Source: an uncultured Verrucomicrobiota bacterium (lineage in GTDB: Bacteria > Verrucomicrobiota > CALLYA01 > CAYNBQ01). From it: a stretch of 62,141 nucleotides of DNA. Below the pieces are notes generated by a model. That model was not told where the DNA came from. It did not search any database and worked only from the letters and a program-made list of their open reading frames with translations. The translations under genes were made by a program, and so were the position numbers. Every line of letters begins with the position of its first letter. Position 1 is the first letter of the stretch. The stretch is from contig CAYNBQ010000007.1 of NCBI GenBank assembly GCA_964395275.1, forward strand, positions 1 to 62,141, read 5' to 3'. Positions 19,018 to 27,933 of the stretch are shown here, piece after piece.

Positions 19018-20514
19018 ATGACTCAGAGCCATGCAGAATCTCCCCGCTTCCTCAAGAGGAGCGGAAACGGACCCGGTCCGGCGGCGTCCACCGGAATGCG
19101 CCGAACGGCGGCGGGTGCGACCGCGGCGGTCCTTCTCCTGTCGGTCCCGTCGTGGACCGGCCCCGCCGGGGCCGCGACGACGGTCGGCGACGGTTCGCGT
19201 GCCCGCGCCGCGGCGCCGGCCGGAGAATCCTTGAACGTTCCGGTCGAGATTCCCGCGGACGCGGGCCCCGGGGATTTCGTGCGGCTTGCGCTCGATCGGA
19301 ATCCCGGCATCGCCGCCGCGACCGAGAAGGTCGAGCGGATCCGCGAACGGATCCCCCAGGCCGTCAGCCTGCCCGATCCCCGCCTGACGGTGGCGCCGGT
19401 CGGGGACATGGCGGAGACGGCGGCCGGCCGGGTTGACGCCATGGTTTCCCTGAGCCAGAGCTTTCCCCTGGGAGGCAAGCTGGGCGCCGGGAAACGGATC
19501 GTGGAACGCGAGGTCGATGTCGCCCTCGGCGAACTGGCGGCCGCGCGGGTTCGTGTCGCGGCCGAGGCCCGGCGCGCCTGGTGGAGCTACTACTACGCGC
19601 AACGGGGGATCGAGGTGACCCGCGCCAGCCGGGAGCTGCTCGATCGGTTCCGGCAGGTCGCGGAAGCCAAATATCGGTCGGGCACGGCGACCCAGCAGGA
19701 TGTCCTGCGGATCTCGGTCGAAATCGGAGGACTGGACAACGACCTCTTCGCCTGGGAACAGCGCAGGGTGACGGCGGCGGCGCGCCTGAACCGGCTCCTG
19801 GACCGGCCCGCGGCGGCGCCCCTGCCGGAAGCGGGGATTCGGGAGCCGGCGCTCCGATCGATCGATCCCGACGCGCTGCGGGCAGGGGCGTTTCGGGACA
19901 ATCCCTTCGTCCGGGCGGCCGAGAGCCGCATCGAGGTCTACGAGGAACGGCGGTCCCGGGCGCGGCTCGAGCGATGGCCGGACCTGACGGTCTTCGGTTC
20001 CTACAACTGGGTCGACGACGCGGGACTGGCGCCTTCGGCCAACGGCCGGGACCAGTGGTGGCTGGGGGTCGGGATCAACATCCCCCTGTGGCCGTCGCGG
20101 CTCGACGCGGTCGAGCGGGAGGCCGAACGGGGCGTCCGGGAAACCGCCTCGCTGCTGGACGAGACGCGCAACCGCGTGGCCGCCGCCGTCGAAGACGCCC
20201 TGGCCCGTGTGGATGCGCAGCGCAAGCAGGGACTGCTGCTGCAGGAGACCATCCTGCCCGAGGCCCGGCAGACGCTGGAGGTTTCGATGGCGGGATACCG
20301 ATCCGGACGGACGGATTTCCTGACGGTGATCGACAACTGGCGTAAACTTCTTGACTTTCAACTGATGTACCACCAGAGCGTCATGCTCCTGGAACAGGCG
20401 CTCGCGGATCTGGACGAAGCGGTCGGCATCGATCCGGGCAGGAACGAACCGGAGGCGCGTGCCGCCGCCGGATCGGATCGCCCGGAGGCGCCCGGCGGAG
20501 GGAAAGGACGATGA
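19018..20514 (+). CDS. cusC: Outer-membrane efflux factor (TolC/CusC/CzcC family)
   Basis: 498 aa. Two OEP-type repeats with coiled-coil-rich Ala/Arg segments. GGAAGGGA RBS. An alternative start is ATG 19096, just before the signal-like segment. Confidence 0.8.
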   Translation: MTQSHAESPRFLKRSGNGPGPAASTGMRRTAAGATAAVLLLSVPSWTGPAGAATTVGDGSRARAAAPAGESLNVPVEIPADAGPGDFVRLALDRNPGIAAATEKVERIRERIPQAVSLPDPRLTVAPVGDMAETAAGRVDAMVSLSQSFPLGGKLGAGKRIVEREVDVALGELAAARVRVAAEARRAWWSYYYAQRGIEVTRASRELLDRFRQVAEAKYRSGTATQQDVLRISVEIGGLDNDLFAWEQRRVTAAARLNRLLDRPAAAPLPEAGIREPALRSIDPDALRAGAFRDNPFVRAAESRIEVYEERRSRARLERWPDLTVFGSYNWVDDAGLAPSANGRDQWWLGVGINIPLWPSRLDAVEREAERGVRETASLLDETRNRVAAAVEDALARVDAQRKQGLLLQETILPEARQTLEVSMAGYRSGRTDFLTVIDNWRKLLDFQLMYHQSVMLLEQALADLDEAVGIDPGRNEPEARAAAGSDRPEAPGGGKGR

Positions 20515-22415
20515 CCAGGACGAAGCGCCCGGAAGAGCGGGACGAACGGAACCCGAAAACCGTTTCGGAACCGGGGAAAAGCCCGATTCCGCGCCGACTG
20601 CGGCGAATTGCGGGTTGGATCGTTCTGGCGGTCGTCTTCTTTTCGGCGGGCCGCTACCAGGCGCGGCGGGCGAAACCCGCGGCGCCCGACGCCGGGGAAT
20701 CCGCGCGGGAAGAGGCGCGGGCGGATTTCTACACGTGCGGAATGCATCCCTGGATCATCCTTCCGAAGCCCGGGCTCTGTCCGATCTGCGGCATGGAACT
20801 GGTGCCGCTGGATCCGGCGAAGTTCACGGGGGAGATCGCCATCGATCCGGTGATCGTTCAGAACATCGGCGTGCGGATCCGGCCGGTCCGGACCGGGCCG
20901 CTGGAAAGCGTCATCCGCACGGTCGGAACCATCGACTACGACGAAACCCGCCTGGCCGACGTGAACAACAAGGTGGTCGGCTGGATCGAGAAACTCCACG
21001 TCGACTACCTCGGCGCGCCGGTCCGCAGGGGCGAACCGCTGTTCGACCTCTATTCGCCCGAGCTCTACGCCGCCCAGGAGGAATACCTCCTGGAATGGAA
21101 ACGGCAGCGCGGCCGGGGAACCGGGTCCGGTACGGAACCCGGAACCGGGACGGGCGGCCTCCTGGAATCGGCGCGAACGCGTCTCCTGTACTACGACCTG
21201 ACGGCCGAACAGATCCGCGAACTGGAGGAACGGGGGCGCCCGGAAAAGGCGGTCACCCTGGGCAGCCCGTACGAGGGGATCGTCATCGAGAAGCACGCGA
21301 CCGAGGGGATGCGGATCGACCCGGGAATGCGCGTCTTCCGCATCGCCGACCTGTCGAAGGTCTGGGTGATGGCGACGCTCTACGAGTACCAGTTGCCCTT
21401 CGTCGAGGTCGGGCAACGGGCGGTGATGTCGCTGCCGTACATCCCGGGCCAGACGTTCGAGGGCAAGGTGATCTACATCTATCCCTTCCTCGATCCCAAG
21501 ACCCGCGAGGTGAAGGTGCGGCTCGAGTTCGACAATCCGGGGCTTTTCCTGAAGCCGGGGATGTTCGCGAACGTGGAACTGCGGGGGGTGCTGGCCGAGA
21601 AACGGACGCTGGCGCCTGTCGAGGCGGTAATCGACACCGGCCGCCGGAAGGTGGCCTTCGTGAGCCTCGGCGGGGGCAAGTTCGAACCGCGCGATGTCCG
21701 CACCGGGGTCGAGGCCGACGGGACCGTGGAGATCCTGGAAGGCTTGCGCCCCGGGGAGATGGTCGTCACCAGCGGGCAGTTCCTTCTGGACAGCGAGGCC
21801 CGCATGAGGGAATCGCTCGCCCGCATGATGCGGGGGACGCAGGCGGCGGATCAGGAACCCGCGGTCCCGGAAACGGCGCCGACGGAGGCGGCGGCCGAGT
21901 TGCCGCGGGACGTCGCCGGGGTGCTGGAAACGATTCTCGATGCGTATCTGGGGATCGGCGCGCAACTGGCCGACGACTCCGTAGCGACGGTGCCGGAACA
22001 GGCACGGCGGCTGGTCGACGGAATCGACCGCCTCCTGGACGCGGAGATCCCGGGAGGACCCGGGTTCCGTGGCCGGCGCGATGGAATCGCCCGGGCCCGG
22101 GCGCGGGCCTCGAAGCTGCAGTCGGCGGAAGATCTGAAGACGGCCCGCTCGGAATTCGCCGATCTGAGCCTGGAGTTGTCGTCCCTGCTCCGCGCGGTCG
22201 GGGTGCCGGATTCCTACGGGCGGCGGATCGAGGAATTGCACTGCCCGATGTTCCGATCCGGCCAGGGAGGCAGCGTCTGGCTGCAGGCGGCCGGCGCCGT
22301 CCGGAACCCGTTCTTCGGCAAGATGATGCCGGAGTGTTTCGACGAGCGCCGCGTCCTGCCGGTCGCGCGGACCGCGAAGTCCGCAGCGCCGGATTCCGGG
22401 ACCGATTCGCAGTGA
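20511..22415 (+). CDS. cusB: RND periplasmic adaptor (CusB/CzcB family) with an N-terminal heavy-metal-binding domain and a C-terminal DUF3347-like extension
   Basis: ATGA overlap with cusC. YTCGMHPWIILPKPGLCPICGMELVPL matches the HMBD motif. An HlyD-type barrel-sandwich core is present. The C-terminus has LDAYLGIGAQLADDS...HCPMF...WLQ...NPFFGKMMPECFD. Confidence 0.85.
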   Translation: MTRTKRPEERDERNPKTVSEPGKSPIPRRLRRIAGWIVLAVVFFSAGRYQARRAKPAAPDAGESAREEARADFYTCGMHPWIILPKPGLCPICGMELVPLDPAKFTGEIAIDPVIVQNIGVRIRPVRTGPLESVIRTVGTIDYDETRLADVNNKVVGWIEKLHVDYLGAPVRRGEPLFDLYSPELYAAQEEYLLEWKRQRGRGTGSGTEPGTGTGGLLESARTRLLYYDLTAEQIRELEERGRPEKAVTLGSPYEGIVIEKHATEGMRIDPGMRVFRIADLSKVWVMATLYEYQLPFVEVGQRAVMSLPYIPGQTFEGKVIYIYPFLDPKTREVKVRLEFDNPGLFLKPGMFANVELRGVLAEKRTLAPVEAVIDTGRRKVAFVSLGGGKFEPRDVRTGVEADGTVEILEGLRPGEMVVTSGQFLLDSEARMRESLARMMRGTQAADQEPAVPETAPTEAAAELPRDVAGVLETILDAYLGIGAQLADDSVATVPEQARRLVDGIDRLLDAEIPGGPGFRGRRDGIARARARASKLQSAEDLKTARSEFADLSLELSSLLRAVGVPDSYGRRIEELHCPMFRSGQGGSVWLQAAGAVRNPFFGKMMPECFDERRVLPVARTAKSAAPDSGTDSQ

Positions 22416-22425
22416 GGACCACGAC

Positions 22426-25400
22426 ATGATCCCGAAACTCATTGACTGGTGCATCCGCAACCGGGCGATGGTCCTGTTGCTGACGCTGTGCGTCGTCGCC
22501 GGCGGGATCTGGGCGGTCTTCAACATCCGGGTCGATGCGATTCCGGACCTGTCCGACGTGCAGGTCGTCATCCGCACCGAGTACCCCGGGCAGGCGCCCC
22601 AGATCGTCGAAGACCAGGTGACCTACCCGCTCACGACGGCCATGCTGGCGGTTCCGTTCGCCAAGGTGGTCCGCGGCTACAGCATGTTCGGCAGCAGCTT
22701 CGTCTACATCATCTTCGAAGACGGCACCGACCTCTACTGGGCGCGCAGCCGCGTGCTGGAACAGCTCAGCTTCGTGGCGGCGAAACTCCCTCCCGGGGTC
22801 AGTCCGCAGCTCGGGCCGGACGCCACGGGGGTGGGGTGGGTCTACGAGTACGTCCTGGTGACGGGGAAATACTGCCCGGACCATCCGAACGGGCTCTGGT
22901 ACGACCCGGAGACGGACGCCTGGTACGGCCGGGAAAACGACCTGCCCGGGGACCCGGAGATCCGCAAGCGGCTCGTGCGGCGCCGCGTGTTCCAGGATAC
23001 GAAGATCGTCTACGCGGATCTCGAGGAGAACCGCCGGTACGAGACACTCGCAGACGTGCCGGAAGAGGCCCGGGAACGCGTGCGTCCGATCGAGCTGGTC
23101 CGCGGCATCGACCGTTGTCCCCTGGACGGGCGGGAACTGGTCCGCAGCGACGTCGATCTGGCGGGATTGCGCACGATCCAGGACTGGTACCTGCGGTACG
23201 AGCTGACCGCCGTCGACGGCGTGAGCGAGGTGGCGTCGCTGGGCGGGTTCGTCAAGCAGTACCAGATCGTCGTCGATCCGGTGCGGCTTCTCGCCTACGG
23301 GATTCCCCTGAGCCGGGTCAAGAACGTCGTGCGCCGGTCGAACTCGGACGTGGGCGGCCGGCTGATCGAGATGAGCGAGACCGAGTACATGGTGCGCGGG
23401 ATCGGGTATCTCGGGTCGGTCACCGAGGAGGAGATCCGGGCGGCGCGCGAATCGGGGGAGACGATCGGGGAACTCCGGTCGAAGAAGGTGCTCCGGGATC
23501 TCCGGCGGATCTCCCTCGGGGCCGCCCCGGACGGGACGCCGGTCTACCTGGAGGATCTTGCGGAGGTCCGGATCGGGCCCGAGATCCGCCGCGGCATCGC
23601 GGAATGGAACGGCGAGGGCGAGGCGGTCGGCGGGATCGTCATCATGCGGTTCGGCGGCAACGCGCGGACGACGATCGAAAAGGTTCGCGAGAAACTGGCC
23701 GGACTCGAGGAAGGGCTGCCCCCGGGGGTGGGGATCGAGACCGGCTACGACCGCAGCGATCTGATCGACCGGGCGATGGAAACCCTCAGCGGGACCCTGG
23801 TCGAGGAGATGGTCGTCGTCTCGCTGGTGATCATGCTCTTCCTGTTGCATGCCCGCAGCGCCCTGGTCGCCGCCTTCGTGCTGCCGACCGGCGTGCTCAC
23901 GAGCCTGCTGGTGATGTACGCGTTGGGAATCAACGCGAACATCATGAGCCTCGGAGGCATTGCGATCGCCATCGGGGTGATGGTCGACAGTTCCATCATC
24001 ATGGTGGAAAACGCACACAAGCACCTCGAACGGGAGGCGGAACGGACGGCCTCGGGCGAACCGCCGCGCCCGCGCGGGGCGATCATCTCGGAGGCCGCCG
24101 GGGAAGTCGGCCCGAGCCTCTTCTTCAGCCTGTTGATCATCACGGTCAGTTTCCTGCCGATCTTCGTGCTGGGGGAACAGTCGGGGCGGCTCTTCAAACC
24201 CCTCGCCTACACGAAGACCTTCGCCATGGCGTCGGCGGCGGTGCTGGCGGTGACGATCATTCCGGTGCTGATGGTCTTCTTCGTCTCGGAACGCTTTTTC
24301 CCGCCGACGGTTTCTCGGCGGAAACAATGGGTCGTCACGGCCCTCGTGGCGGCGTTGCCGGCCGCGCTGCTGGCCTGGATGCCGATGCCCGTCCTGGGAC
24401 GGTTCCGCCTGGGGATGGTGATCGGCTGGGTCGTGTTGAGTTTGCTGGTTCTTCTGCCGCAACGGATCCTTTCGGAGGAACACAATCCCCTGAGCCGGAT
24501 GCTGCAGGCGCTCTATCAACCCCTCTTCGTGCTGGTGATGCGGTTCCGGTGGGTGACGCTGGCGCTGGCCCTCGGCACGGTCGCGATCACGATCGTCCCC
24601 TTCCAGAGACTGGGCAGCGAGTTCATGCCCCCGCTGGAAGAGGGCGATCTTCTCTACATGCCGACGACGGATCCCGGCATGAGCATGTCGAAGGCACGGG
24701 AACTTCTGCAGCAGACCGACCGGTTGATCATGCAGTTTCCCGAGGTGGAGAACGTCTTCGGCAAGATCGGGCGGGCCGAGACGGCGACCGATCCCGCCCC
24801 GCCCAGCATGATCGAGACGACGATCACGCTGCGACGGGACAAGTCGAAATGGCGGACGGTTCCCGTGCGCCGGTTCTACGACGGCTGGCCCTCGTGGGCG
24901 CAATGGCTGCCGTCGAAACTGCTGCCCCCGGCGCGGCCGATCACCGTCGAGGAACTGATCTACGGATACGAGATGCCCGACGGGACCCACGTGCCCGGGC
25001 TCAACGACGCCGTGCAGATCCCGGGGCTGACCAACGCCTGGACGATGCCGATCAAGACCCGCATCGACATGCTTTCCACGGGGATCAAGACCCCCGTCGG
25101 GATCAAGGTGATGGGCCCCGACCTCCGGACGCTGGCCCGGATCGCCGAGGAGATCGCCAATGCGGTGAAGCGATCGGAAGGAACGGCCGCCTACACGACG
25201 AGCGCCTTTCCGGAGAAGAGCGTCGGGGGGAACTACCTCGACGTGCGGATCCGGCGCGGGGAAATCGCGCGCTACGGGCTGACGGTCGACGACGTCCAGA
25301 ACGTCATCATGAGCGCGACGGGCGGGATGAACGTGACCTGGACCGTCGAAGGTCTCGAACGGTACCCGGTCAACGTCCGATACCCCCACGAACTGCGGGA

Positions 25401-26235
25401 CAGCCTGCCGGCGCTGCGCCGGACCCTGGTCGGGACCCCGTCCGGCGCGCAGGTGCCCCTGGGCCAGCTTGCGACCCTGGAGATCCACAAGGGCGCGCCG
25501 ATGGTCAAGAGCGAGAACGCGCGCCTCACGAGCTGGGTCTTCGTCGACATCGCCGGGATCGACGTCGGTACCTACGTGCGCCGGGCGCAGCGGGCGGTCC
25601 GCGAATCGGTCGAACTGCCGCCGGGGTACAGCATCGTCTGGTCGGGACAGTACGAGTACATGCAGACGGCCCGGAAACGGCTGATGGTGGCGGTGCCGCT
25701 GGCGGTCCTGTCGATCATCCTGCTGCTGTACGTGGCGACGCACAGCTGGCTGCGCGTCGGGATCGTTCTGCTGGCCGTTCCGTTCAGCCTCGTCGGCGCC
25801 GTCTGGCTCCTCTACCTGCTCGGCTACAACATGTCCCTGGCGGTCTGGGTGGGGATCATCGCCCTGGCGGGACTCGATGCGGAAACCGGCCTGGTGATGC
25901 TGCTTTACCTGGACAACAGCTTCGAACGCTTCCGGTCCGGCGGGCGGATGCGCAACCGCGACGATCTCTGGCACGCCGTGCAGGAGGGCGCCGTGCAGCG
26001 GATCCGGCCGAAGACGATGACCGTGATGACGACCTTCACCGGCCTGTTGCCCCTGCTCTGGGCCACCGGCGCCGGGGCGGACACGATGCGCCGGCTCGCC
26101 GCGCCGATGATCGGGGGTCTGGCGACCAGTTTCATCATGGAACTGCTCATCTACCCGGTCATTTTCTTCATTGCCAAGGGGATCGCCATGCGGCGGACGT
26201 TCCGCGCGCGGGATCCGGAAGAGGCGGCGGGATGA
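22426..26235 (+). CDS. cusA: Heavy-metal efflux RND permease, CusA-type (Cu(I)/Ag(I)), unusually long at 1269 aa
   Basis: Strong similarity to recalled E. coli CusA blocks (DAIPDLSDVQVVIRTEYPGQAPQIVEDQVTYPLTT, GPDATGVGWVYEY). Counterparts of the three relay Met residues are present (LLYMPTT, PPSMIETT, RIDMLSTGIK). Confidence 0.9.
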   Translation: MIPKLIDWCIRNRAMVLLLTLCVVAGGIWAVFNIRVDAIPDLSDVQVVIRTEYPGQAPQIVEDQVTYPLTTAMLAVPFAKVVRGYSMFGSSFVYIIFEDGTDLYWARSRVLEQLSFVAAKLPPGVSPQLGPDATGVGWVYEYVLVTGKYCPDHPNGLWYDPETDAWYGRENDLPGDPEIRKRLVRRRVFQDTKIVYADLEENRRYETLADVPEEARERVRPIELVRGIDRCPLDGRELVRSDVDLAGLRTIQDWYLRYELTAVDGVSEVASLGGFVKQYQIVVDPVRLLAYGIPLSRVKNVVRRSNSDVGGRLIEMSETEYMVRGIGYLGSVTEEEIRAARESGETIGELRSKKVLRDLRRISLGAAPDGTPVYLEDLAEVRIGPEIRRGIAEWNGEGEAVGGIVIMRFGGNARTTIEKVREKLAGLEEGLPPGVGIETGYDRSDLIDRAMETLSGTLVEEMVVVSLVIMLFLLHARSALVAAFVLPTGVLTSLLVMYALGINANIMSLGGIAIAIGVMVDSSIIMVENAHKHLEREAERTASGEPPRPRGAIISEAAGEVGPSLFFSLLIITVSFLPIFVLGEQSGRLFKPLAYTKTFAMASAAVLAVTIIPVLMVFFVSERFFPPTVSRRKQWVVTALVAALPAALLAWMPMPVLGRFRLGMVIGWVVLSLLVLLPQRILSEEHNPLSRMLQALYQPLFVLVMRFRWVTLALALGTVAITIVPFQRLGSEFMPPLEEGDLLYMPTTDPGMSMSKARELLQQTDRLIMQFPEVENVFGKIGRAETATDPAPPSMIETTITLRRDKSKWRTVPVRRFYDGWPSWAQWLPSKLLPPARPITVEELIYGYEMPDGTHVPGLNDAVQIPGLTNAWTMPIKTRIDMLSTGIKTPVGIKVMGPDLRTLARIAEEIANAVKRSEGTAAYTTSAFPEKSVGGNYLDVRIRRGEIARYGLTVDDVQNVIMSATGGMNVTWTVEGLERYPVNVRYPHELRDSLPALRRTLVGTPSGAQVPLGQLATLEIHKGAPMVKSENARLTSWVFVDIAGIDVGTYVRRAQRAVRESVELPPGYSIVWSGQYEYMQTARKRLMVAVPLAVLSIILLLYVATHSWLRVGIVLLAVPFSLVGAVWLLYLLGYNMSLAVWVGIIALAGLDAETGLVMLLYLDNSFERFRSGGRMRNRDDLWHAVQEGAVQRIRPKTMTVMTTFTGLLPLLWATGAGADTMRRLAAPMIGGLATSFIMELLIYPVIFFIAKGIAMRRTFRARDPEEAAG

Positions 26236-26304
26236 GCGGTGGGAAGAACAAACCGAGGCGTTCCCCCGGAACCGGGGGGACGCGGAGAAAGCGAGGAGAA
26301 TGAT

Positions 26305-26643
26305 ATGAAGTCAACGAGAAGAAGAAACGTGTTGTTCGGATCCGCGCTGGCCCTGGCGGCGGCGCTGGTCGTGACGGGGTGCTCCACCACCGGCGGCGGG
26401 GCCGCGCCGCGCGCGGCGGCGCAGGGCGACGATGTGGTCTGTCCGACGTGCCACGCGGCGACCGTCCTTCAGCCGGCCGAAGGGGTGAAGGACGCGAAGC
26501 ACGTCTGTCCAACCTGTCGGACGATCTATCGCTCGGGCGAACAGGGCTACTTCCAGAAGGAAGTCCATGTCTGCAAGCAGTGCGGCTCGGTGATCGAACA
26601 GTGTCCGGTCTGCCGCGCGGCCGCAGAGGAAAGTGAAGGCTGA
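26305..26643 (+). CDS. Small Tat-like-signal lipoprotein with four CxxC motifs (double zinc-ribbon-like)
   Basis: ATG 26305 (GAGGAGA RBS). Leader MKSTRRRNVLFGSALALAAALVVTGC has a twin-Arg motif plus a lipobox. CxxC motifs: CPTC...CPTC...CKQC...CPVC. Confidence 0.6.
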   Translation: MKSTRRRNVLFGSALALAAALVVTGCSTTGGGAAPRAAAQGDDVVCPTCHAATVLQPAEGVKDAKHVCPTCRTIYRSGEQGYFQKEVHVCKQCGSVIEQCPVCRAAAEESEG

Positions 26644-26690
26644 TTCCCGGGATCCCAGGATCCGGAGGATCGAGGAGAAAGGAAAACGCA

Positions 26691-27158
26691 ATGAGAACGA
26701 AACGATGGAAACGGAACGGGTTGGGAACCGTCGCGATCCTCGCGATCGCGCTGGTCGCCGCGGCGGGCTGCGGAAAGAAGACCGAAACGAAGAGTTCCGG
26801 CGCGGCGCCGCCTCCGGCTCCCGCGGAGGGGGCGACGCAGCAGGCCGAGCTGGCCAATCCGGTGCCGGGCATCTGTCCGGTGACCGGCGAACCCGTCGAC
26901 AACCGGACGTTCGTCGAGATCGACGGGAAACGCTACGCGCTCTGCTGCGCGAGCTGCGCCGCGAAACTGAAGGCCAATCCCGCGAAGTACCTGAAGAAAC
27001 AGGGTTCCGGGGGCGGCATGGGCATGATGAACGACAAGAAGGCCGGCGCCGGCGGCATGATGGAGCATGGCGGCCAGGGCGGCATGGGCATGATGGACCA
27101 CGGCGGCCAACAAGGCGGCGACGCGGGCGCGCACCACGAGGCCGAGCAGGGGGAATAG
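26691..27158 (+). CDS. Lipoprotein with a YHS/TRASH-type domain and a Met/His-rich C-terminal tail (putative periplasmic Cu(I) binder)
   Basis: AGGAGAAAGGA RBS. Lipobox AAAGC. ICPVTGEPVD...YALCCASCAAKLKANPAKY matches the YHS pattern. The tail is GGGMGMMND..GGMMEHGGQGGMGMMDHGG. Confidence 0.7.
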   Translation: MRTKRWKRNGLGTVAILAIALVAAAGCGKKTETKSSGAAPPPAPAEGATQQAELANPVPGICPVTGEPVDNRTFVEIDGKRYALCCASCAAKLKANPAKYLKKQGSGGGMGMMNDKKAGAGGMMEHGGQGGMGMMDHGGQQGGDAGAHHEAEQGE

Positions 27159-27243
27159 CGGCCCCCGGAAGGAAGAACGCGTCTTCGGGCGGGGGATCTC
27201 GGAACGGAGGTCCCCTCCCGAAGTCGCACGCGGGAGAAGAAGG

Positions 27244-27888
27244 ATGTCAGGATTCATGAGACGGGAGATCTTCGTCGCGGCGGCGCTCGCCGCGGGTCTG
27301 TTGCTCGGCGTTTCGGGCGTCGGAGGCGAGGAAGGCCGGACGCAGGCGGCGCCGGCGGCCGGGACGATGCCGCACGACCACGGGATGCACGGGAGCGCGC
27401 CGACAGCCCCGGAGGCGACGCCCCTCGCGGAGACCGTCGAACCTCCGGCGCTCCTGGAATGGATGGGGCGGTTCCATCCGATGGCGGTGCATTTCCCGAT
27501 CGTGCTGATTCTGCTGGTCGTCCTGTCGGAGGGCGTTCGGACGATCCGGCCGTCGAGTCCGTGGGCCGCGGTCGGCGGCGTTCTGGCGCCGTGGGCGGCG
27601 CTGGCCGCAGTGGGCGCCGCGGTTCTGGGGCTGGCGGGGGGACGCGTCTCGAACTATTCGCCGGGGCTGCAGGGGATTTTCGTCCGGCACCGGATTTTCG
27701 GGATCGGCGTCGCCCTGGGCGCCGTTGCCGTCGCCGGATTGATCCGCCGCAGGGATGCGTTCCGCGGGATCGGATCCTGGGCGTACCGGCTCCTGCTCCT
27801 GCTGCTGGTCGCGGCCGTGTTCGTCACGGGGCATCTCGGCGGAAGTCTGGTCTTCGGCAAGACCTATCTGCTCTGGCCGCCGCGGTAG
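27244..27888 (+). CDS. DUF2231-like membrane protein with a His/Met-rich N-terminal segment
   Basis: FHPMAVHFPIVLILL is the characteristic first-helix motif of DUF2231 (recalled). There are four TM helices. The exported N-terminal region has TMPHDHGMHG. An alternative start is ATG 27256. Confidence 0.6.
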   Translation: MSGFMRREIFVAAALAAGLLLGVSGVGGEEGRTQAAPAAGTMPHDHGMHGSAPTAPEATPLAETVEPPALLEWMGRFHPMAVHFPIVLILLVVLSEGVRTIRPSSPWAAVGGVLAPWAALAAVGAAVLGLAGGRVSNYSPGLQGIFVRHRIFGIGVALGAVAVAGLIRRRDAFRGIGSWAYRLLLLLLVAAVFVTGHLGGSLVFGKTYLLWPPR

Positions 27889-27933
27889 CGGCAGACGGAT
27901 CGGAACGTACGGAAGGGAAGGGGAAACAGGAAA

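Noticed and set aside
21766-25974. 1402-aa minus-strand ORF, the longest single ORF in that region
   Set aside because: It is antisense to cusA, whose + frame aligns block-for-block with the recalled CusA. It is a shadow ORF typical of high GC3.
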